A stretch of DNA of 64,000 nucleotides, from the NCBI RefSeq assembly GCF_963676685.1, contig NC_092353.1, positions 18,290,001-18,354,000 on the forward strand. Direction: 5' to 3'. Below, piece after piece: positions 25,069-40,000 of this stretch. The position numbers and the translations under genes are program-made. The number at the start of each line of letters is the position of its first letter. The first letter of the stretch is position 1. The notes below the pieces were generated by a model that ran no database searches, was not told the origin of the DNA, and saw only the letters and a list, made by a program, of their open reading frames with translations. This DNA is from Mytilus edulis (taxonomy: Eukaryota).

Positions 25069-28000
25069 TTATAAGTTATTATGACAGCCATGGATTTCCA
25101 TATTCATGTACGGTTTGTAACTCTTATGCCACGTCAAGGTGAAGAATCGGATAAATCTGGTATCTAACGGTTCGGGTGGATTGACTTGGTGAGCACTGCT
25201 AGACGTGGTACCAGAGAAAGTCTGCAAAATACCAAATAACATTAAATGTCTGATTCTATACAAAAAATACGAATGGTATGGATGACATTATGATCAGATT
25301 AGCTAAATGCACTTCAAAATTATTTATATAATAGATATAGGAAGATGTGGTGTGAGTGCCAATGAGACAACTCTCCATACAAATAACAATTTAAAAAGTA
25401 AACCATTATAGGTTAAAGTACGGCCTAATAAAGTTTTATTGTTTTTACATCTACTTTTGTATCATTTCTAGATTTATATTACCATTATGCATATTTATCT
25501 TTTTAAGAAACTCAGTTTCATTACAATACATCCGTAAATTAATACCTATGTTTACAAACGAAAATACCAATCTCTGAAGTTAGAAATTCGTTAAGCGATT
25601 TTTCGTATTGGCGTTCATAAGAATGCTCTTGCCTAAACAATAAAAATCCAGATATAGACTAAATGAGGGACCTTGTTAGAATAGCCGATCATATAAACTG
25701 TATTTTCCAGTAATCTGGATTTGTTACACTACTTTATAAAATTACTTAGGCTTACTAGGAAAATGTAATAAGTTTGACCATTGCCCTTTTATCAAGCCGA
25801 GGGGAGACTGATGCCTGCCTTCTTAGTTTAAAGAGAAGCGAAAGATACAAGAGGGACATTCACACTCACAAGTCGCAAATAAACTGACAATGCCATTGCT
25901 AAAAAACACCAAAAACAAACCAGACAAACAATATTACACAAAACACATATATAAAACTAAAGACTGAGCAACGTGTCCTGCCCACCAAAAACTGGGGGTG
26001 ATCTCAGGTGTTCTGGAAGAATAAGTTTGACGTGTATTCGTGTTACTGAATGAAAAACCCAAACACCTCAATTTAATCACTTACATATACATTTCCGTTG
26101 GAACTCGATGTGTAATTATGGAATATGTTTCCATCAATGCTATGTTGTATGTAGAAACTGCCAGTATTATAAGCTGAAGGGCTGGAACTTCGACCTTTGA
26201 TTTGAAAGTTGTCTATATGAGATACATTTCCTAAAAGTAAAATTATTGTATTCTAAAATATAAATTCTAGAGTAGCCGTTGATAGCCGAGTATTTTTATT
26301 TTGTGTCTATGGTGAACTGCATTAGCAAATTGAAGACTACATTTGAAATATGTACACATGGTCATAATTGTTTGAACTCTAACATGTACAATGAAGCACC
26401 TCATAAAAACATAATTCTGGAATATGCTTGACGTCATAATCTACTGAATATTCGCAGTTACTAACAGCTAGTTCAAAGCCAATTAAAACTAATTAAAAAC
26501 AAATATCCATCTAATACTAAAATTTGATAAATTCATATCAATTTCCATGTTTGATGATACTTCAATTGTACCTACTATGTGCAAAAAAGATATGTTAATG
26601 GTTTTTTTCTCCATATTTTATAATCTACCTTGATGAGTAACTTTTAATTAACTACAACTCACTATCAAAACAATTCCCAATTATCCCACATTTAAACTTC
26701 CCAGTTGTCCCACAAACATATTCCCGATTGTCCCACGTAATTACTTGTACCTGTAATTTCAAAAAGTGGGACAATCGGGAAGACATCGAACTCTTTTTGG
26801 TTTGTACTCCCAGCACTAAAGTATAGTTCATTTATTTATCAAATGAGTGTCGATTTTCTCAGAACAAGGTGAGAGATGAGGAAAAACCAACATTTGGGTA
26901 ACTACATTTAAATACATATATATATATCAACAGTGTAATTTCCAAAAAAAACCCAACAACAAATATATGCACAATAGGCGAAAAAATTAAGAAATAATTG
27001 ATGCCAGCTATACTTTATTGTAGTTTTAACGTGGGTTGCATTATATTCGTGATTATTTTTGCCAGAGCGATAGCGAAATTAATTTAATTTGTAAATGTTC
27101 CGCCGGTTATTGTAGCATTGGTAAATATGTTCATATCTGATAGAGGATTCCTTGATAAAGTTATGCTGACATTCGACTTGGCAGGAGGGGCCCTTTGACA
27201 GAGATTTATTTATACTTGCGGTAGTCCAAATAATTACGACGTCTGGCAAGGCTATTTTAATTTTTTTTTCTGGGACGCCTTCCTTCAACGGCGTCCCAGA
27301 AAAATAAATAAAATAGCCTTGCCAGACGTCATAATTATTTGGACTAAACTTGCGGTAGCTACACCCTGTAAAGTTGATAAAAGGGCACGTACGTCTTTGT
27401 GCATCTGACGATTTCAAATGCTGTATTACATGATGATTAAAATTAATACCGAGAGACAATCTTGTTGCATTTGTAAAATGGATTGGAAACCTTGGTGGTA
27501 TATTGGTAATTACGCCTATTTTTTTTTTTATAGGAGAATGGGGTTCGATTCCCTGCTTGGGTCAATCCATTTTATCATAAATATGAAACAATTTTGTCAT
27601 TTCAGCTGTACAACAGTTATAATTCACCTATACTTTATTTTATATTTTATCGTCAGATCATATGTTTCAATGAAATTATTATATACATGCCTTTTAACAA
27701 GATAGATGAAACGTGTTTTTCAGTGGGAGGGGTTTTGAAGTTAGAACAGCCAACATGAACGTTGCGGTATCTAGGTCAAATATAATGTATGTCAATTTCG
27801 AATAGTAGCACATTGTTGTCATTGTAAAAGTATTAGTAACAAAATATGTATCATATTTTAGTGTTTGAAAGTGTCCCAAGTTAATGAAATACATTAAATG
27901 CGTATACCAATTTAATAAAATTCATTTTTCTGCCGTGGTCAATATACGCATGTGTAAACTAATTTTATTGGATAATAAAGTACGGTCAATAAAGTATGAT

Positions 28001-31000
28001 TTCTTTACAAAGCTAAAGAAGCATGTCATATTAGAATAAGTGAATAATTCATCATCTACATTTCTTAGCTTAATTTGACAAAATTGAGCCAAACTGGCTG
28101 CTAAAAACGAATTATTATTTCGCTATTTCACTTTCATAAATGTTTGGGAAAAAAACAAGAATGTGTCCTTAGTACACGGATGCCCCATCCGCACTATCAT
28201 TTTCTATGTTCAGTGGACCATGAAAACTCTAATTTGGCATTAAAAATAGAATGATCATATCATAGGGATTATGTGTACTAAGTTTCAAGTTGCGTAGACT
28301 TCAACTTTATCAAAAATTACCTCGACCAAAACTTTACCCTGAAGCAGGACAGACGGATAAACGAATGAACGGACGGACGAACAGACGAACGGACGCACAA
28401 ACCAGAAAACATAATGGCCATACATGGGGCATATAATCATAGTTCAGATTTTTAATATAACTTGTAGCTAGTGCACCTTTTATCAACACTGTGATGCAAA
28501 TACACAATTATTAATCATGGTTAGAAACAGACTTTAAACGCGATAGCACATCGTCATTTGTACGGATATGTTGTTTACCGTGCCCGGAAATTTAGAAACG
28601 ATCCTGGTAAACGTATCGATCCTTTAAATAATTTTTTTTAAAAAGGTAACCAATTCAACAATGTAATTAGATCTTTGAATATTGTTTATCTTTTTATTGG
28701 TATAAATATTATTTTTTTTATCAGTAAACTAAAACCAAACTAAATATTATTCTTATATGCATATGCACTTTCATGGATCTACAATCTGCAGTTATCTGTA
28801 TCTTGGTATTGTGCACGGTCATGTTTTCTTCTGACTGTTTTGACGTATTTACACTAAATCAGTTTGATGTTGGATGTAAACTGATTGATAATTTAGTTTT
28901 AGATACATGATTTTTTAATAAGTTGTTTTTGGTTTTGAATCTTCTGTCAGTAACTGTCAGTACTATCATATCTGTACTTACTGTATTATTGTTGTTGGGA
29001 TGTACAAGTACTCGGTCACGTCCACCCTGTTTATGTTAGATGTATTTCTATTTGTATCCATCTGATGAGTTAGCTTCCATTACCTGATTTTTATAGGTTG
29101 TTCTCATGTTGTGCTATTACTGTCCCAAGTTAAAAGGAAGTTTGGGAGCCCACTTACATGTTTAACCCCACCGTATTCTGTATGTATGTATAAAACAAAG
29201 ATGTGGTGTATTGCCGATGAGACAGCTCTTCACAAGAGTCCAACAGTAAAAGAGTGTTTGTCCCAAGTCAGGAGCCTATGGTTCGGTTGCTATCATCTGT
29301 ACTTTGACCTTTAGTTGTTAATTTCTGTGGCATTTGGTCTTTTTGGTAGTAGAGTTGTCTCATTGGCATTGATCCACCACATTCTCAAATGACAAAGATA
29401 GCAAGTAATGATAGATCACATTATGGCCTAAAACTCATTTGCAAATGGCTTTACTCAATAGAAGTTAAACTATTGTCTAGTGTACCTTGTGAATATTGAT
29501 ATACAACCTCGTCCTATTGCATATGCAATGAATGATTAGAAATTATATCTTCAAACCAAAGAGGCAATTTCAGATTCGTGGTGGTACTAACATAAAATGC
29601 ATAACAATTGTTTCTTTCTATATATTTTACCAACCTAAATCTACTTGTAAATAAGACGTTGAATCCATTCCGTACCATCCACCTGCATTCCATCTTGCAT
29701 CTTTCGCCGAATACGTACTGTACATATTGTATCCTGTTAAACTGGCATCGGGTATAGCTTTGGCGTTTGTTGGTCCAATTAGACTGTTACTGCGACAGTC
29801 TTTTTATGGAGACAATTGGTTAAAATGATAAATTGTATATTAATTAAGCTATATTTGAAATGTTTTTGTTTTTATCTCTTTGAAAATTATTGTTTAAAAT
29901 TGAAAGCTTATATTTGCTAATTTGCCTGTTTTCTTGCTTTTAAGTTCATGGCTCTTTGCGAGCTATTGTTTGCTTTAAAGTTCATCTGGGTCTTTTTGAG
30001 CTATTGCAATTACTTAAAGTCCGTCCTCCGAAGTCGTCGTAAACGTTTACAAAAATTATCTCCTCTAAAACCACTTAGGTCAAGGAATAATAATTTCCTA
30101 CTTCCTTTTGGTCATTTAACCAATCTGTTACCTATTTGATAGTGAAAAACAAACAAACAATGGCGTTTCATATAGCGTAACGCTTTTTGTGATGTTTTGT
30201 GGTACATCTTTCACATAGAACACCACTTTAAATTATGTATAGCGTAAACACGAAATAGGTGATCCTATTATCTTTTAACATCATTGAACGTACATTTACG
30301 TAATGGATTTGAAATTGGAGATTTCATGACTTTTAGATAAATTTAGGAACAGTTTTTGTAGATTTTATGTGCTTTCTTTACAAATGATATGAAGCTATTT
30401 TGATATTTAAGATAATACGTAAGATAAATGTATTTTATATTTGTTTTTCAGTAAAAGTTCTACGAGCTTAAGCTTTACCAAAATCTGTGACATAGTTATT
30501 TACCGTAACTTATCCAATTTTAACTAAATTCCAGCTACATGATTTTAAGATACTTAAAATACTTTTTTGTTTCTGCCATCAAACAAACAAGGCTGCCATG
30601 ACTAAAATAAACTAGAAGGTTAAATCAATTTAAATTGTCTTATTAAAAAAAACCAAGCTTTTGTAGAAATTATGACAGGGCGAAAATGGTCAGAATGCAT
30701 GAACTACCTCCTTTCCTTGATCAGATCACTCCTTTTAGGAGTTATTGCCTATAAATAGCATGTTTTGAATAGAAAAGTTTTTAAGCCTTGACCTATTATC
30801 TTGGAAACTGTTTTGTATAGATAGAAACTGTAAAATGAAAAGTTGGAGCAATAGAAGATCTTCAAAATTGCCTATATGACCGACACCTCTTGATATAATA
30901 AAGGAGCTATTGCCCTTAAATGATGATTTTTCATTAGTTTATGAGTTTGTCTTTTGTTTTGAATAGTTGATAAGAGAATGTCAATCCAGTCTGTTGAGAG

Positions 31001-34000
31001 TCTCATAATGAATCTAATTGTGTTTGGTTTTTTTTATTTGAAAGAGTGAGACATTGTTGGCCTATTATTATTTTATTATTTTGATACGTACCAATTTCAC
31101 ATCTAAGACCACCATATGGGTTGGGACAGTAACACTTGTATCCCGTAGTTTCATCTAAACAAACGCCTTGATGGACACAGGGTTTCTTTGTGCAATATAT
31201 TATTCCTAAGTAAGAAAGAATAAAATGTCAAGATATGGTTGTTTTTTATTTGTTATTTAATGTACTTATATCAGGAATCAAAGTTCGATCAGTCTGTTTT
31301 CAAAAAAGCATATTTTGGAAAGCATGTCTTGGAAAAAATGAAGTAGTTCAGAACAAAAATGCACCGAAAAATGAAATATGCTTACCACGGGTAACAATTT
31401 TGAATACACTATCAGCAAAATGACCATGTATATCTGTAGCTCTAATTGTTATTGTGTAAGTGGCGTCAGAATCCGGAATCAGTCCATGTATTCGACCGGA
31501 ATCAGGTTCTAGTTTTACCCCAGGTGGTAACATTCCGGCTACAATAGCATACACAATCGGTTGTCCTTCCGGATCCTACAACGACATAATGTTAACTAAA
31601 CTCACATTAATATATAGTTTTCTTATGAGACAACACAATTTTTTTTAATCTGATACATAATTTTGTACTTTGGAATTTAATGGTTCTTTAGGTAATTTTA
31701 TTGGAGTGCAAAAGCGTGGACCGAAGCACATTTTTTATGTAGCCCGGAAAAATCTATAAGTTTTCGACCTGACAATTCTAATAATAACATTTATATGCTA
31801 TGATAATGAATTTATGAGAGAAAATCAAGTTTTAAAATTTCATTTGTTCTCCTGTGCAGTGTTATCACGATGTCATGATAATCACTTATGCTCCGTTTAA
31901 TAAGATTTTCAAATAGATATAAGAAGATGTGGTATTTATTGCCAATGAGACAACTCTCCATCCAAATCACAATTTGTAAAAGAAAAACAATTAAACGCTA
32001 AAGTACGGTATTGAATACAAAGCACTAGCTCACACCGAACAGCAAGCTATAATAAAGGGTCCCACAATGACTAGTGTTAAACCAATGAAACTGGAAAACC
32101 AACAGTCTAATCTATATACAAACGAGAAACTTTTAAGAACAACATCAACAAACGACAACTACTGAACATCAGATTCCAAACTTAGAACAGGTGCAAACAA
32201 ATGCACCGGGGTTAAACGTTTTAATAGGTAACATTCTTCACCCTTACCCAGCCAATAGTATAATATAGGAAGACACACTATAAAATGTCAATTGAAATGG
32301 CTGAACTCAATCAAAAGGCATAGTAACACAAGTGCACATACATTGAACGGAAACATTTGATCTATGAGACAATATAAATACAAAAACAAATTAAATAAGT
32401 TTTGAATAAATAAAGACAACAGTAGTATACCGCTGTGAGATGTTGAATAATTTCAGAAAGTCAACCATAAAGGCTCGAATATATGTCTACAGATTAATGA
32501 TCTTTAAAAGTGTAAAACATGCCGCCATGTAGTTTCAGAGGATACGATTTTTAAAATTGACGTACTGCTTCTGGCTTTAATTCTTTTATCGGATCAGAAC
32601 CAAATGTCAAACATTTGAATGAGACCTTTTATACAATTCTATTTTTTATTTTGCATGCATTGCCTATTTATTGGTTAAATGTTTTAGCCTTTCAATGACA
32701 CAGTCTTCAGTGTTCCTATAATATATGATTGAAAATAAGAGTTGTAACACATACCATTTAAAAAATGCATTTACATAATTTATACCTTAGCTATGACGTT
32801 TACATCTATTTTGTCTCCTGCGTGAAATTCTCCAATATATCCAAACGTAGAATGTTCTTCCCAGATAGGAGGTTGACTCAGAATCAGCTGAAATGAATTG
32901 AAATCAATTTGGGCCAATAATGAGAGCTTGGTATAGGGTATAACCAACTGCTCGCATCGTTTTCACACCTCTGTCTGACCCACAATTGATTTTTTTCCAT
33001 TTGTTCACTCATATTTGCTTTTTGTTTCTCAGTAAACACACAAGCCTAATCTTGCAAAAATAAATGTATTTGTTTGTGTTACACAATTATTAAAATGCAA
33101 CCAACTTCACAATACTTCGTTATTATATTAAAATTTTGTCTTTGGCAATTCATAATTTTACTATAACAATTGCCAAAGACAAAATTTTAATATAACAATT
33201 GTCAAAGACAAAATTGTAATATAACACTTTCAAAAAACCAAAATGTGTTCTTGCTTATTTTTTATACAACCAAACACTTCAAAAAAATACATTTAAAATA
33301 TAGCTAATATTTTAATTGTATATTGTTAGTTTTTTTAACGTTTTATTTGTTTATGTTTAAAGTATCAAACTAAGGGGTAACAAAACTTGATGTTCGTATC
33401 TGACAAACGTGCAATGTATCGGCAGTTGTGAGTGGTCATTCTCTTATCATTTGAGTTGTCTAGCTTTCCCCCTTGAGGTAAGTTCAGCTGTACAGTTTAC
33501 TGGCATTTAAATAAGTATTCGTCTTTTTTCTAGTAGAGGAAGACAATTAGGATGTTCTTTCTCCATCATTCCTTTACAAGTTATAACTCAGTCAAAGGTG
33601 ACCTAAGATGCATTTGGCCATTATTTGAAGTTCCTTTTTATATAGCTCTGTAACTGTTTCGGTCTTTATGCATGCTTGTCTTTCAAATATTCAATATTTA
33701 GATGGATTCATGACAAAATTGTGTTTTGGTGATGGTGATGTGTTTGTAGATCTTACTTTACTGAACATTCTTGCTACTTACAATTTTCTCTATCTATAAT
33801 AAACTTGGCCCTTTAGTTACAGAGGAAAATATTTTGTGAAAAATTTACATAATTTACCAAATATTAATGAAAACTGTTAAAAACTGACTTTAAAGGGCAA
33901 TAACTCCTTAAGGGGTCAACTGACCATTTTGGTCATGTTGACTTATTTGTTGATCTTACTTCAGGGCAGATAAAGATTGACTTGATAAATAATTTAACCC

Positions 34001-37000
34001 CTCGTCAGATTTGCTCTAAATGCTTTGGTTTCAGAGAAAAAAGCCAAAATCTATATTTTATCCCTATGTTTTATTTTTAGCCATGGCAGCCATCTTGATT
34101 GGTGGGCTTGGTCACCGCACATATTTATTAAACTAAATACCCTAATAATGAGTGTGGCTAAGTGTGCTTAAATTTGGCCCAGTAGTTTCAGAGGAGAAGA
34201 TTTGTGTAAAAGATTACAAAAATTTACGAAAAATTGGTAAAAAATAACTATAAAGGGCAATAACTCCTTAAGGGGTCAATTGACCATTTTGGTCATGTTG
34301 ACTTATTTGTAGATCTAACTTTGCTAAACATTATTGCTGTTTATAGTTTATCTCTATCTATAACAATATTCAAGATAATAACCAAAAACGGCAAAATTTC
34401 CTTGAAATTACCAATTCAGGGGCAGCAACCCAACAACCGGTTATCCGATTCATCTGAAAATGTTCAGGGCAGATAGATCTCGACTTAAGGTAACACGATA
34501 CCGAATGACGTTACGCCACGAGTTACCGTTCCTGACGTTATCGAATAACGTTCACACAGACAAGCCAATGTAGCAGGTTTTCACAAAGTGATTAAATGAT
34601 AAAAAAGAAATATTTTTGATTACTATGTGACATTTTTAACGGTAACTTTTTCTAGATGCAGAGTGCCGAGAGTTTTGATGCAATATATAACGGTTAACTT
34701 ATTTGCTTTATCGTTTTCCGGCAATTCTACTACTCATCGTTAATCTTGTATTAAAAATGTATTACATTACTTTTAAATATTCTGTTTCTTTAATATTTAA
34801 GCATCTGAAAGATTTATCTATATATGTTCTTATGCATAATAGACTGAGTTTTATCACTTTATTTTATTCTTGGTTTATTTTTGCAATAAATACTTATTCA
34901 TGATGCACGCCGTATCCCCATCAAAATTCTGTTTTGAAAATAGAAATACAATCTATAGAAACTTAGTATGATGTGTAATAAACACTGGCAATTGTACATC
35001 TATTAATTCTTGTTATAAAAATGGTCGTTTAAAACACCGCTCGATCAAAATGGAAAAAGGAAATTTATTTGGATGAGAATACGGATAGAATTAGGCGAGA
35101 AAAACACAATACAAGCAGACTTTGAAACTCATACAGAAAATAGTTTGTTAATATGGAATGCAAAGAAATGGTTTAACATGGTAATTTTGCCTAATGACTT
35201 TCTCTGTGTTCCAGTATAAACAGTCTCTGAAATTCATTGGTTGTACAGAGCAAATCCGATATAGTTTCGGAAACATTTTAAAAATAAAGTGCTAGATTTG
35301 TAGTCCTATAGACAGTTGATAGTCGGGACCGGCTCTAATCAGACTGGTTCCGTTACAAAATTTTCTCTCGAAAAAACGACTGACTAATTATTATTCAAAC
35401 GGTAGAAAGAGACTGAAATAGCTAGATCTTGAAATCATTTAGATTTTATATTCGTGTTAATTTACGCTTGCATGGGTATTCGGTGGTAGTGTGTTTTTCA
35501 GTTTGTGTGATTAGAGATGGAAATAATTATATATAATGTACATGTACAAGTTCGGAGACAAAACGACTGGAAGAGAATTAACATTATAGTTGCCCTTTTA
35601 GGCCCTGAGGGGCATATTGCTCACATACTAGGCGTCGGGAAAAGCCTGAGTTTTTAGAACAAGCATGCAGCTTTCATGTAGATCTATATACATGTAAAAA
35701 AGAACTGTATGTATTTCTTTGTGTGGATAAATATACTATATATATGTTCATTGTTATATAAAATGTATTTGTACTAGCTTTAGAAACACGATGCAAAGCG
35801 AGACTCGCCGAGTTTTCCACTTGTTTCGTAGTGAGTACAAACACGCTTTATATTTCTGACAATGTACATAATTTTTACATTTTGTTTATATCCTACAATT
35901 TACACCCCAAGGGTGACTAGAGATGGTCACTTGGTCTTATTTCGACCGGCAGTAAAATGCTTTCAAAGTGGGGCGTCCATTTGGCTGTGCGGGTTGTATT
36001 GTCTATTGTTAACTTGTTCTCGTCCTGAACATGCATAAAATATTTGCCACTGGACGTTAATCAACCAGCAATCAATCCTACAATTTACAACCATCACTTG
36101 AAACTTTAGTTGTTAAAATTTAGATTCAAAGAAATCAACAAAGTTTGCGAACATTTACGCACAAAGAATTATCTACGTTACCGCTTGCTCATTATGGAAG
36201 CGGGGCAACATGAGACTTTATTTGTAAACGTACAAATACAAAGAAAAATATATGGAATATGTTATATGTACAACAGTTGGCTGTTAGTATGATAAACGGA
36301 GATATAGGATATGCAATTAATAAGAAATCAACATCTGGACATTTAACGACACCAAAACCAAAGACATCAAGCAAATTGTGACTAATGCTTATTGGACGAG
36401 TATCTTTTTATTTCTAATTTGTAGTTTTAGTAAACGTTGGGCTCTAAATTGGAGAGTTTTGATAAGTTTATGGAGTATAATTATCACAGTAACATTTCAG
36501 TCTCTTAGTACATATTTCTTTAAGTCTTAAAGTCTCTTAGTACATATTTGTTTAAGTCTTAAAACTTTTGTTCTTCTGGAGAAAATTCAAACAAATTGAA
36601 TATTGAAATAAGGAGGTGCGGTAAAATTGCCAATTAATCAACTTTCCCCCAAAGAAAAAATGACTGAAATGTTAGCTTGCTCACATTGCTACTTCATTTT
36701 AGATCTCCATATTACCTTTCCGTTATATGAACTGCATATTCAAAAATATGTTTTGTCACCAAAATCCTAATAGAGCACATATATCATCATATAGTTTCAC
36801 CCATGTCCGTTCGTAGTCTTTTTGCTTCAGGTTTAAATTATGTACCTGGTGTTACTACTCATATTAAAGGTGCGCATATCGTCTGGGTTTTCTTTATTTT
36901 ATGTTCAGGAAAGGTTGCTGGATTATGCATTTTAATAAAATATAAAAGGCACGCAGAGTACAGACTCCGCCTTACATCTCCAACATGTGGAATTTCAAGC

Positions 37001-40000
37001 TGGAACTTTTATATTTCGCAGTTATTTTTACTTTAAAGAATACATATATGATCTCAATATTTGTTTTGTAAATAATTTTCCACAAATGACAGACTGTTGA
37101 ACTTCGTAAAATTTTGCAGTTTGCAATGTTTGTCCGACTTGCTGAGCAACCAACTCACACATTTACACCACGCAGAGTACATTATACTAATGTACGTAGC
37201 AAGTCAAGAATATAAGTTTTGAATTTTTCTTTGAGTTTGTTATTTCACTTTTTAGAATGTGTATTTTTTCAGGATCATTATTTCCACAACTAGCAGAATG
37301 TTAAACCTTTTTTTGACTGGTGCATCAAATGTGTCCTTTATAAACAGCTGTTTTCAAAATTGTAATGTATCGTCCCGAACATGCATGAACTATTTGCCAC
37401 TGAACGTTGAACGACCATCAAAAACCGCGCAACTGTTAACTGAATCAAATTTTTATACTCTATTTCTGCGTGGATGAAGCAATGATACCACCGTTGTCTT
37501 AAATGATGGAGTTAAAAACTCAGTAATTCAAACTAATTAAATTTTGGAATAAAGATATTATTTGAATAATCTTATTGTAAAAATTTACCTGAATTTAACG
37601 TGTTCCAAATTCCGGTGATTTATTTATGAATTATTATCATTAGATTCACGTGGAACCAAACCAACCAGTTCAAGCAAGTTTCAGGTATATGAGCTCGTTT
37701 GGTGTGAAAATCAGACGAGATTAATGGTAATTCATGTGAGTGAAATTTCCATGTGCAGGACGAAATAAATTATATCAGTAGAATTTTATATTGCATTACT
37801 AGGAAATTTACGAAACCCGACATGAGAAATGAAAATAAAAAAAAAATCATTCAGATCCCGACACATATTTTGTTTTCCATATCTCTGAGTAGTAGGAATA
37901 ACGTTACATTCTGTATTCAATAACGTCACATGTTTTCGGTCAAATTCTAAGGGTACCAATCAACTTTGAAGCCATTTATCTCAAAAACAAGGATGGTGAC
38001 ATATGATTTTCTATACGTGTATGGATTCAGCTTGCAATCCTGGATATAACGTTAGTTTTTTGTTGTTCTCCGTATATAAGAACATAGGCATTCATTGGAA
38101 AATCTATAAAGGTAAGCCGAAAAATAGGCATTTCCCCTATATACCTATGTAAATTTGTTGTCAAAATTGACGTTTTCCTATGAAAATACCAAGAAAACAA
38201 AAATGGTGACCCCCATTTTTTATTACATATTCCGATGTAACTCGATTCAAAGAACACGTGTGCCAAAAAGTTTGGAAATCGGGAGATATGCCATTCGGTA
38301 TCGTGTTACCTTAATAAACAATTCAACGCCGTATCAGATTTGCTCTGAATGCTTTGGTTTCAGAGTTATAAGCCAAAATCTACATTTTACCCCAATGTTC
38401 TATTTTTAGCCATGACAGCCATCTTGGTTGGTTGGCCGGGTCACTGGTCACATTTTTAAACTAGATACCCTAATGATGATTGTGGCCAAGTTTGGTTAAG
38501 ATTAGCCCAGTAGTTTCAGAGGAAAATTTTTTGTAAAAGTTAACGACGACGGACGACGACAGACGATGGACGCCAAGTGATGAGAAAAGCTCACTTGGTC
38601 CTTTGGACCAGGTGAGTTAAAAAAGCTCCTTGTAAGCATGCCATTTATAAAGTTTTAATTTTTTAACGGTATTGTTTTGTTGTGCCCACTGGGTTGATGC
38701 CACTGCTGGAGGAGATTTATTTCCCCAACAGTATTACACGCCCAGTAGTCAGCACATCGATATGTTCATAATTATAAATTAACTGTTAACAAAACTTTGA
38801 ATTTTTGAAAAGACGAAGGCTCTTCTACCTCAGGAATAGATCACCTTAGCTGTATTTGGTAAAACTTTTAGGAATTTTGGTCCTCATTGCTGTTCAACGT
38901 CGTACTTTATTTTGCCTTTTAAACATGTTTTGATTCTAGTGTCAATGATGAGTCTTATGAAGACGAAACGCGCGTCTGGCGTAAATAAAAAAATTTAATC
39001 CTGGTATCTATGATGAGTTTATTTGTCTCCATTCATACCGACATCCAAGTTAGCAGTTTCGTTAATGGTTGTCTTTATTGAAACTCGGATAGCTTGCCTT
39101 TAAATGATTTAGTTTTGAATACATATAGCCTTTGAAATGACCTGTAAGCCCATTCATAACTTGTTTAAACTTGGTCTAACAATCTGTTTTCTGTTGATGG
39201 CCTTTTGTTATCCGGAACCTTACTGACAATGCAAAATACAATAATGATATATTTCTTGAATTTCTTAAATAAGTACAGTACACTGCATTGACGTAAAAAT
39301 TACAATCCAACGATATACCTGTATTATATAATTTAAGTCTTCATTATCAAAGATGACTTTGCCTGTTTCATTGTATCCAATCTTTATATCTCCATTATTA
39401 CTCTACAATTAATAAAATAAATAAACGACAGATTCTTTAAATCTCTACATACATCTTCTGAGTATATACAGATGTAAAAGTAAACAGTCTGTAATCTATA
39501 ACGTATTTCTCTCATTCCCGTCTAATCAAACAAGACGGTAGTGTATATAATATGATAGACTTTAACAATTATTGTTTTGTTTGTAGTTGTGTATTATTAT
39601 ACCGATATTTTATGTGCCCTTTCTGTACTCAAGTTTATTGTACACCTTTGCCTTGCCATATTTCACTAATCAAAATAAAAGCTGATAGGGCCTAGAGATC
39701 TTATACATATAAACATGAACACATACATTGTAATTGTCTACATAATGGTCTACTTAGCCGTTCTTTTCATCTGTACATGTCTTTTGAACATTTCGTGTTG
39801 TCCATGTTGTTGTCTCTTTGGCGAAATCGAAATTGAATTTAAACGTTTATAGACCTATTACAATTTATAGGGTTATAAGAGAAAAGTCCTTCTTTGCCAG
39901 TTTTAAGACATAGAGTACATTGCATATACAAATAAAATGTAACATAAACATTTACCTTCATAGTAAAATCACCAGAGGTAGCAGCATGAACTAAAACATG

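Noticed and set aside
27079-27459. 126-aa minus-strand ORF
   Set aside because: Runs through the palindromic MITE inside intron 7 of paralog A, with no protein-like features.
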